Shown piece by piece: positions 1 to 10,400 of a DNA stretch of 20,000 bases (position 1 is its first letter; every line of letters starts with the position of its first letter). This DNA is from Chiloscyllium plagiosum (lineage: Eukaryota), in contig NC_057720.1 of assembly GCF_004010195.1 (NCBI RefSeq), forward strand, positions 24,529,554-24,549,553, given 5' to 3'. The notes beneath the pieces were generated by a model that saw only the letters and a list, made by a program, of their open reading frames with translations, was not told where the DNA came from and made no database searches. The position numbers and the translations under genes were made by a program.

Positions 1-110
1 TTCAATTCCATACTGTCTTGAAGGTGTGATTTGAACTCAAGGCCCCAGAACATTAGTTTGGTTGTGGATTACTACTGCAGTGACATTATCATTATGCCAC
101 AACCTCCCCT
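1..110 (-). mobile_element. tRNA-derived SINE 5' head (SacSINE1/Deu-SINE-like), continues past the window edge
   Basis: Reverse complement shows A-box-like tggcataatga and B-box-like gagttcaaatc; resembles the copy at 17255-17490. Confidence 0.55.
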
Positions 111-564
111 TAATATTGGTGGAACTGTTAGGGACAGGCTAACTGTAAGTTATAATAAGGTGGTGACCTCATGAAAATAAATCTGCCTGCAAGGTAAGGA
201 TGCTTCTTGATCACAGAAGTTGTTGCATAAAACAGGTCATTATGACAGATCTCCAGGCAGACAATAAGAACATTTACCATTCTGTTTCTTTCACTTGTTT
301 TTGTTGCTTATTTTCTCCCTTTATTTTTGCCCAATGAGAGGAAACAAATACAATTCATGGAATGGGAGATGTTACAACGATCTTCACTTCTGATTCCAGA
401 GGTTCATCCCTACATGTAAAGCAAAAAAATCAGAGGTACAATTTGGGATTTGGTTGTGCATTGGGAGTGGCAAACTGGAGCCAAGAGTTACACACAAACA
501 AAGGAACCAGATCCCCTAGTTGCTCCCAGTGGATATGCATTTGTCAAGTTTTACTTATATTAGT

Positions 565-1003
565 TGGTTTGGAGGCAGTTCAGATAAGGTCTGTGCAATT
601 AATTCCAGTGATGGAAGGTTTGTTTTATGAGGAGAGATTGAGCAGCTGAGGCCTATACTTGCTAGAGTTTAGAAGAATGAGATGAGATTTAATTGAGGTA
701 TACAAAGATGCTGATGGAAATTGACAAAGTAAATGTAGAGTAGACATTTCCCTTGTGGGAGAGTCTGACTCAGATGGGTCTAGGATAAGGGGCAGCAGAT
801 TTAAAACAGTGATGAGGAAGAATTACTTCTCTCAAAGGGTTCTGAATCAATGGAATTCGCTATTCCAGAGTGTGGTGGATGTCAGGAGGTAGACTTTTAA
901 TGAGTAACAGGTTAAAAGGCTGAAATGGGCTCAGCCATGATCATATCAAATGGTGGAGCAGCCTCAATTGCTTGCTCCTACTCTTAGTTTTTATGTTATT
1001 ATG
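565..1003 (+). mobile_element. CR1 LINE 3' fragment (degenerate)
   Basis: Peptide remnant LEAVQ..LIPVMEGLFYEERLSS typical of the CR1 ORF2 C-terminus, followed by a 3'UTR ending ttatgttattatg. Confidence 0.85.
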
Positions 1004-1406
1004 CCCTTAGAAATCAGACCTTTCTCCACAGAAACTCAGTAAAAATGTTGAAATTACAAGGTCTTCCGCGTTAGTAGCATCAGAAGATAAAACTCTACAG
1101 CAGAAAGTCCAGCAGGGAGCAGCAATTAACCTGCCCAGCAACACTGACCTGATTGTTTCCAACTAACAGCGAAAGAATAATAATGAAATAATAACCTAAT
1201 ATGTATCCAGAAGCAAGACGGAAGTCAAAGTCACAGTCACATTTTTCTAACTTTTCTGATAGGAACTGTGTTTTGAATTTTCTCTCTGTAGAATCTGTAA
1301 TCGATAAGCTTGATGTCTTGAGGAGTCAAGATTTAAGATTCTTTCCTTTTTCAGAACATCATTCACAAATTGCATTCTTGGAAAATTCCACTGGACAGCA
1401 GTGCTC

Positions 1407-1432
1407 CTATTGATTTGTGCGTAATTGATAAT
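1407..1432 (-). CDS. ap1m3: AP-1 mu terminal coding exon part: (D)YQLRTNQ-stop
   Basis: Acceptor tattccag|AT TAT CAA TTA CGC ACA AAT CAA TAG; matches the conserved DYQLRT C-terminus in the correct phase. Confidence 0.93.
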
Positions 1433-4400
1433 CTGGAATACAACGCATAGACATGAAGCAATCAAAGGGAAATTCCAAAAGCAAGAAACAAACTCTTATC
1501 TCCCAAATATAAAATGTCTCCTTTCCCAAAAACCAACTTCCACATTTAGATTTAAATTTGTACCAAAATCTTCAGTTCAGATCTCATGTTAGTCCAGATA
1601 TATTCAAACTATTCACTTTATCCTTTCAGGCTCCCCTTTGTGACAGCAAATAGTGGAATTTGTTTCCAGATTGAACAGCTATAAGCTTTTTTTTCTGTAA
1701 TGTGATTACCTTTATTTACTCAAAGGTTTGCTTAGATATCATTACTCTAAGGACGCTGCTGGATTGATTACACCTCTGAGATCATGGTCCAGATCCACAT
1801 TTCAGGTGTACATTAGCACAGAAACACTACAATACATTTACAGCCCAAGGGCAAAAGCATTTCAAATTGAAATTACAGAAACTCCAACAGATATCAACAT
1901 CCTCTGGTTTTTCACAACCTATATTCTTATAAGGTTTCCAGCTGAGTTCAGGGGCAGGATGACAGTTTTCGGCCTCTCTGTGTACTATAGTGAAGGTTTA
2001 AACAGCAACCTTTCTCCTTTGTGTCTCTGCAACAGCTGCCCCAACCTTTAGTGCATCGCTCAGCAGATAGTCCTGGATCTCAGAATGTGCCAGCTTCCAT
2101 CACTCGGTTGAGGAAAACACCTTTGCACTGGAAGACCAACAAATTTTGGACAGACCAGTGAAGGTCTTACAGTGAGTGGACAGTCCTCCAGAAGCAACTG
2201 ATGTTTGCAAACCCAATATGGAATGTAAATATTGTGTCTATTACAGTCGTACTGAATGGAATATGCTGTATGTGGGCAAATTTAATTTTATTTAATTATG
2301 TAAGATTCAAAGCAATATTTTTGTAATGTACTTTTACAAATTTATGAATAAAGTAAATTTCAGGGGAATAAGATGGTAATACATTTACAGGTTTACAAGC
2401 ATGATAATCTCTAGAGTGGTGTAAATATGTAATGGTTTCCAAAACAGTTTGCAATGGGATAATGCACTCCTGTCAAACCTGTCCCATATCTCTGGATTTA
2501 TGAACATTTCCAAAGTCTGGTTTTAGCTGTAAATTTAAAGATTAGAGGGAGTGACACACAGGTTGAAACTAGAGGTTGCCAATCCTTCACACTTTTTCTA
2601 GATTCTTCAGGAATTAAAGTGTAATCTGTTGGATATTGGTGTGTGTAACCCATTAAAATAGCATAAGCATATCAAACAAACAATGTGATTTTTTTTAAAA
2701 AAATCTATTTTCTTTGAAGACATCAGTTTTTTCATTAAAATGACAGATAGAGTCAGAGTCACACAGCATGGAACTTGTCTGTGCTGACCAGACATCACAA
2801 TCTGTTGTCCCATTTGCCTGTATTTGGCCCATATCCCTCTAAACCCTTTCTATTCATGTACCCAGCCAGATGCCTTTTAAATGTTGCAATTGTACCCATC
2901 TCCACCATTTCCTCTGGATATAGAGATGGATACTGAAACTAAAGCTAAGAACTGGAAAATGGTAATACCGTTGGTGACTTTTTACACATTATTGCTCACC
3001 TCCACTTTGGGTAATGTACCGAACCCAGGGCAGAGCTTGATAGCCGCTCTTCTCAATGATTTTCAGGTAGCGTACCTAGTTTAAAACAAACATGAGTATC
3101 ACATGCTCTTCATTATCCCTATATCTGGCCTATATTATTTAAATGTCTTGCTGGATATTCGTTAAGGTTACTGAACAAATGTGCCTGAATTGTGGTAGGA
3201 AGAATATTGTGGCAACATAGGTAAAAGTACCAATTGCTAATGGATATTACAGTCACACTGCAGTCACAGGGCAAGAGTTTTCAAATGGTGATGTTTCCTT
3301 CTGATCCCAGTAGCTCAAAATCTATTAAATATTCCAAGGAACCTCTGGCCAAACTGATTGGTCAGTAGCTCTCTAATTTCAGCAGCGCCAGTGGCTTGAG
3401 TGGTCAGGACTGGGATTACAAGCAGGCAAAAGCCCTTCCCAATGAATGGCTTTTGCCCGAAACGTCGAGTTTCCTGCTCCTCGGCTGCTGCATGACCTGC
3501 TGTGCTTTTACAGCACCACTCAGTTCTGAACTCTGGGATTATAAGGAGCCCTCAAATTCTCAGCTCACAACCAGATAAATGCAAGGGAACTTACAGTGGG
3601 ATGGGGAGGTAAGGCCCTGGGAATAGGAGGAGGGAATTAGGGTTCTTGTTAGAGAAGCTGGGGGTTAAGTGATAGTGGGTGAGCTGATGTGAGGGTTATG
3701 ACCTTGGGAGGACAACTTCCATTGGGCCCACCACAACCTAGGCATGAGAAGGGTGAACAGCTGGGCTTCATGTCTTGTCTCTGAATCCTCCCCACAAGCT
3801 TCAAAATAGACAGCAGCCAGAAAGTGACCATCAAGCAGCCAATAATTTGGAGCTTAAGGGTCTTACTTGGGCAGGTAACACTGGGGACAGGCTGGGTACA
3901 AGCAGAAGGATGTTAGAAGTCCTCCGAAGGAATTTCACAGACCATCCCCTTATTAGTCAAGAGTCAGAGTTTAAAGCAGTGAGGTTATGCTGGGATTGAA
4001 TGAAACACTGGTTCAGCATCAACTAGAGTACCGTCTGCAATTTTGGAATCCACATGATAAAACAGAATATGGTAGCACTGGAGAGCGTGAAAAAGAGATT
4101 TATCAGGATGTTGCCTGGGCTGAAGAGATTGGACAGACTGGGGTTGTTTTCCTTAGAGCAAAGGAGACTGAGAGGGAAGAAAATTGAGGTGCATAAGATT
4201 ATGAGGGGCTTAATTAGGGTGGACAGGAATAAACCTTTGTCCTTGATGGAGGGATAAATGAACAGTGGCATAGATTTAAGGCAAGGGGCAGGAATTGTAA
4301 GGAGATGTGAGGAAAACTTGGGAATCTGGAACCCACTGCCTGTAAGGGTGGGGGATGCAGAAACTCACATAACATTCAAAAAATATTTAGATGTGCACTT

Positions 4401-7400
4401 GTGATACCAAAACATACAAGGCTATGGGCCAAGTGCTGGAAAATGGGATTAGAATAATTAGGTGGTTGTTTTTTGGCCAGTGTGGACAGTATGGGTCAAA
4501 GGGTATTTGTCTGAACTGTACATTGCTATGACATCCCCATAGCATTGTCCATATGCCCATACTGAATTGGAGGTGAGAACAATCACGGTCATCATAGATT
4601 CTTGCCAATCAAGCATATTGGACCAACAACAATTGCTAAGCAATCCCAAAGACATTTCTTCAGCCAAAGAGTGGTGGGCCTGTGGAATTCATTGCCACAG
4701 AGTGCAGCAAAGGCCGGACGTTAAATATCTTCAAAGCAGAGATTGATAAATTCTTAATCTTGCAAGGGATACAGGGAGAGTGTGGGTAAGTGGCATTGAA
4801 ATGCCCATCAGCCATGATTGAATGGCGGAGTGGACTGGATGGGCCGAATGGCCTTACTTCCACTCCTATCTCTTATGATCTTAAAGTTCACAAAATGTCT
4901 GCTATACTTTCTTTTAATATTACTGATGTTGTGAGCCCTAACTTCTTTCTGCAGGAGTACTCTGATGACCATCAGAACTCTCAGAAATCAGGTCCCCAGA
5001 GCAATCGGACTTGATATGTTTGGGGAAGGACTTGGGGGGGGGGGGGGGGGGGGGTTGTCATGGAAGAGATTAGGAGACAGCTGCTGCAGCCCTGCCGAAT
5101 TTGATGGTGGAACCTCAAGTATTTTTCATTCCATTGTTCATCTTACAGCCAGACAATGGAGGTCAGCTGCTTGCTGGATAGAGGTAGTTGGTGGAGTTCC
5201 TATCTGGAAATTGGGAAAGATCATGGCTGGGTCAGTCAGGAAATAGGAAGGACTGAGGGATCAGCATTTGGTGGAGGGATGGGTTAGGTTCGGCGATCCA
5301 AAGTCAGCTGTGAGAAGTGACTGCTGTCAGCAAGATGTTTGCTTCAGGGACTAGGGAAGGAAGGCCTGCTACTCAGAGCTTATAAGGACGGTTCAAAAAC
5401 ACTTCCCTCCATCTCTACTTTGCTGCTTTCCCTTGACCACTCCCCTTTTCCCTCTCACTCCTGCCCTTCCCTTTTATTCCAGACCTTGCCCTCTGACTGT
5501 TCCCTTTCCCCATCACTCCTCCCTTTCCCCATCACTCCTCCCCTTTTCCCCTTCATTCCTCCCCTTATCCCCTTCACTGTCCCCTTTCCCCCTCACTCCT
5601 CCCCCTTTACCTTCACTACATGCCACCCTCCTTGCTGCTCTCATACTGCTCCTACAGATTTGTCTGAACTGTACTGCTCAAAACCTCATCACCAAGTGGA
5701 CTGGGTGAAGGTCTTCCATTCCTGCATACTCCCAATTCCAGTTTATCTTTAAAAGTACCAAGAAGCAAAAGCTTTCACAAGAATAATTTGAAAATGCTCA
5801 CCTGAATCCCCGAGACAGTGAAATACGGAATTTCAAATTTAACAGTGATTGGTGGCTTCCCTTCCTGTTCCTCACTCTCCACACTTGGGAGGCCAAAGTG
5901 AGCCCGCATCAAGTACTCCTTACCACCCTAACATAATAAAAGACAACGGATGACCATGGTGGAGAAAAAAGAGGCTGACGATAAAATGCTGAATGAGGTG
6001 CTAGGATTACGGTGATACTAACCAAACATACTCCATCTGATATGATTGAAGTTAATGAGTTAATTCCAAGTCATGACTTGCAGACAGAATAGTTGCATTC
6101 AAATTACGGTGACCTTATTACTTTCTCTGTTTTAGTTTATTCGGGCTGAAGGGGCCATTATTGGGATCAAAGATAGGCCATTTGGCCCCTCAAACCTGCT
6201 CCATCATTTATAAGGATCACAGCTGAGGTGTTTCTGTTACAAATTCCACATTCCCATTTACCCCCAATAACCTTTGATTCCCTCATACAATTTATCCACC
6301 TCTGCTTTACAAATATTCAAATACTCAGCAAACTACTCAAAAACCTTAACAAAATCTAAAGCATAGATCTCTTTGTTGAGAGTGTTCAGCCGTCCATATT
6401 TCCCAGTCCTACAATAGAGTGCACTAGGCAAGTGAACCTACTATTATATCACCATGGGTTCAAGTTATGAAATACTGCCCCACTCTAACATAAACATTTT
6501 CCGCGTTACTCACAGGAAAAGACTTGATTGACCAAAGGACAGCATTTTTTTCTGGTACCCATTTTGCAGTGCCTGTACTTGTCTTGAATTTTGGTGAATC
6601 AGCATCACTGGGAACTGGTACTAAAATCTCAACATTGTTTGCTGTAGAACGGTGTTTAAATTGACTCTTAGCCTGAATTTAAGCAGATAGAAAACTCTGA
6701 GTTATGAAATTAGTTACAAGTAACAATGATATATGAAAATATGCAGTACCAAAATAAATGACTGAAAACCACAGATATATGTTCACACGTGCACACATTC
6801 TAGAACAAAATTAACTATTAGATGAATAAAACTTAAGCTGCTAATTCCAATGAAGAAATGAAGACAGAGCAATGACCCATTATGTCAGAGAGGTCTGAGT
6901 GAACCTTATATTTACTTGTGTACAGAATGGCTGAACTGAGTTGAACCTTACAATGTTCTTGATATTGTTTCATTTGTGCAACTGGCTGGCAATCCTCTGC
7001 TTGCTATTTTCTACATTCTACAACTCAAAGATTAAGTTGTTTTCCTGAATGATTTGTTTTTGTAATAATGACCTTTCCTTTTTGAATGTGCTTCTTTTGT
7101 CCTCACCTCCTGTAAAAGGCGAAGTGCTGCTGCTGGCACCAGCCTATTGTCTTGAGAAGTAAAAGTGCCTGGCGTTGAGCAGCCTCAGCCCCATCTCACC
7201 CTGCCATTGATGCTGAGCATCCATGGCTAAAGGCAGAGAGTGCAGGCCTGAGTGCATACCTGGCAGGTCCTGGATGTTCTACCAGACATAGCTTTCCAAG
7301 GTGCCTGCCGCTCTTTCCATGAAGGCAGCTGCTGTTAACAGAGCACCATGCCCTTTAGCCATATATTCACCTCCCCCAACACTTTAGCATTGACTCCTCA

Positions 7401-10400
7401 CTGTTTCTTACAATCACATGGCTCTGCCTTGCCTTCTGTGCTAAAGTGCCATTCTGAGACAATTGCTGCTACATAACACTCCTGCTAAAGTGCCACCCAC
7501 AATGGTGAAGCTGGTGCATTGCCACTCTCCAATTGGACACACCCTGTCTGAATCACCATTGGGAACAAAGAAAACAAAGAACAAAGAAAATTTACAGCCC
7601 AGGAACAGGCCCTTTGGCCCTCCAAGCCTGAGCTGATCAAAATGTAATGTCTAAACCTGTTGGTCAATTCCTAAGCATCTGTATCCCTCTACTCCCCACC
7701 TACTCATGCATTTATCCAGATGCATCTTAAATGAATCTACTGTGCCTGCCTCTACCACCTCTGCTGGTAACGCATTCCAACCGCCCACCACCTTCTGTGT
7801 GAAGCACTTGCCGCGTGTATCCCCCTTAAACTTTCCACCTCTCACCCTGAAAGCATGATCTCTCGTTATTGAATCCTTCACCCTGGGAAAAAGCTTGTCT
7901 CTATCCACCCTGTCTATACCCTTCATGATTTTGTAAACCTCAATCAGGTCCCCCCTCAATCTCCTTTTTCTCTAATGAAAATAAACCTAACCTACTCAAC
8001 CTCTCTTCATAGCTAGCACCTTCCATACCGGGCAACATTCTCGTTCCCTTTCTCTGCACCCTCTCCAAAGAGTCCATATCCTTTTGGTAATGTGGCAACC
8101 AGAACTGTACACAGTATTGTAATTGGGGCCGAACCAATGTCTTGTACATTGTTAACATGACTTGCCAACCCTTATACTCAATAACATGATTTGCCAGCTC
8201 TTATACTCAATAAAGGGGATGTTAATTCTGGTGAGTCATGTAATTAATGGGATGCAAATGCATGCATTAATGTTTCTCACCACCTGATGTCAAGAAAATC
8301 ATCTCGCTATCTTAAGAAGGAGAACTTAATTCATTTCGACAGTGAGAATCTAATTTTTGGACTCTTGCCCGATTAAGTCTCTATGGTGTCCAGCATACTC
8401 ATGATGCAGTTAGAAAGGGAGTCCAGGATTTTGACTCAGCGATAGTGGAAGAATACTGATATAGTTCCAAGTCAGGATGATGGATTGGAGGGAAACTCTC
8501 AGGTGCTGGTGCTCCCATGGGTCAGCTACCCTTGTCCTTCTAAGTGGTAAAAGTCACAAGTTTGGAAGGTGCAGTTGAACAAGCCTTGGTAATTTCTGCA
8601 GTGCATCTTGGGGATGGTACACACTGCCGCCACTGTGTGTTAGTGGTGAAAAGAGTGAATGTTTAATGTGGTGGATGAGGTGTTGATCAAGTGAGCTTGA
8701 TCACCAGAATGTGGTTGAAGCACCTTGAGTTTTGTTGCAGCTGTATTTATCCAGATAAATCGGTTGTGTTCCATCATATTCCTAACTTGTACATTGTAAA
8801 TGACAGTCAGGCTCTGAGAAGATGAATTACTTGCCTCAGAGTTCCCTGCTGCTGACCTGCTCTGGAAACCTCATGATTTATGTGGCTAGCCCCATTCAGT
8901 TTCTGGTTAATGGTAACTCTCAGGGTCTTAATAGTTGAGATTCAGCAATGGCAATGCCATCGAATGTCAAGTGGAGATGTATAGTTTCTCCCTTTTTGGA
9001 GATGGTTATTGCCGAGCACTTGCACAATGCACATTTGCCGCATGTCAGCCCAAATCTGAATGCTCTCCATGTCTAGCTGCAGAAGAACATGGACTGCTCT
9101 AGAACATGATGTGCCAAGACATTATGCAATCATCAGTGAATATCCCCAGTTCTGACCTTATGAAATAAGACATTCTGCAGCAGGGAGGTTAGGTGATAGA
9201 AGGAATAAATCCTTCTAGGTTACTATTGCTAGAACTGTGTGGGTAGCCATCAGATGAAGAGTGAGTAAAACTTAGTTACAGAGCTGTCACCAGGGAATTA
9301 AGGGACATATAAAATCTTCACAGTCTCGGCTAGTACACAGAGAATGATTGAAGCCTGAGAATGAAGAGTGGATGGATGGGAAGTTTGGAAAAGGAAAATA
9401 ACCTCTACTCCACAGCAGATCGAGCTAGAATCTTGGTGGTTGACTGCCTGGATGACTGGTTTATGCTGAGACTGATGCCAACAGCATGGGTTCAAATCCC
9501 ATAAGCTGACATTACCACGAAGGACTTTCCTTGTCAACGTCTTCCGCTGCTTAAGGCATGGTGACCCTCAGGTTGAACCACCATTCTCTCTAATGAAAGA
9601 ACAGCCCTATGGTCTGGTAAGACCACGGTGACTTTATCTTTACAAGATAGAGGGACCTACATCCCGTAAGCCAGGAGAAGCTAGTGAGGTGGAGGGCAGG
9701 GGCACACCTTGGTAACCTGAAAAGGGAGATTTATGAAACATGAATTAAAATGTGTTGATTTTCATCGCCATTTCAATCTTACCTTAATCATAATTTCCAC
9801 TCGACTGTGGGAGTATTTCTCAATCACTGACTCAATCCAGATCAAGGGCTTTATCTGCAAAGTAATATCTTGTCTCAAACAGAATGCATGCAATATTTTA
9901 CATTGATATCACTTGTGTAATAGAACAAGTCATTTGTTACTCACTGATTTTTAACATTATTCAGTAAAGAATAATGACCTGTTGACTACTATCATGCACT
10001 GAATTTCCAGACTGCAAGTATAAGCATCTTAAAGAGAGTTTCAATTTCAATAGCCTGTCAGTGATAACTCCAGACCAGCGTGTGCTTCTGTATGTATCAT
10101 ATCTTACTCTATGTATATGTATGTAGAGTCATGTTATATGTATGTTATGTTATGTTAGAAGTGTGTGCTTCTGCAATATTTTCACTCTATGTATGTTAGG
10201 TCAAAGCCTGTTATTTAATGCAGGGTCCGAGTAAGACCAAAACACAATTAGGGTATCCACTTCTCAGCAGGGCATAAGAGGAAGATAATTTGTAACTACT
10301 CTGAATGACAATATGAAGTCTCAATTTCTCCAGAACTTAGAGAAAAATACTACCTGTCCTATTTTATTTTAAAATGCGACTGCGAGCTCTAGTTTAAAAT

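Noticed and set aside
1149..1200. Acceptor-like sequence on the minus strand (ttctttcgctgttag) with a possible 14-nt micro-exon
   Set aside because: Downstream of the stop codon, no homology, and no supporting evidence in the sequence.
2498..2625. Alternative last exon candidate caacag|AT TAC ACT TTA (DYTLIPEESRK...)
   Set aside because: Similarity is limited to DY.L and there is no polypyrimidine tract. The exon at 1432 gives the conserved DYQLRT end.
5501..5618. CRISPR-like array
   Set aside because: Low-complexity tandem units without spacers, in vertebrate intronic DNA.
5339..5752. Pro/Ser/Leu-rich ORFs of 137 and 91 aa
   Set aside because: Translation of the pyrimidine minisatellite, antisense within an intron.
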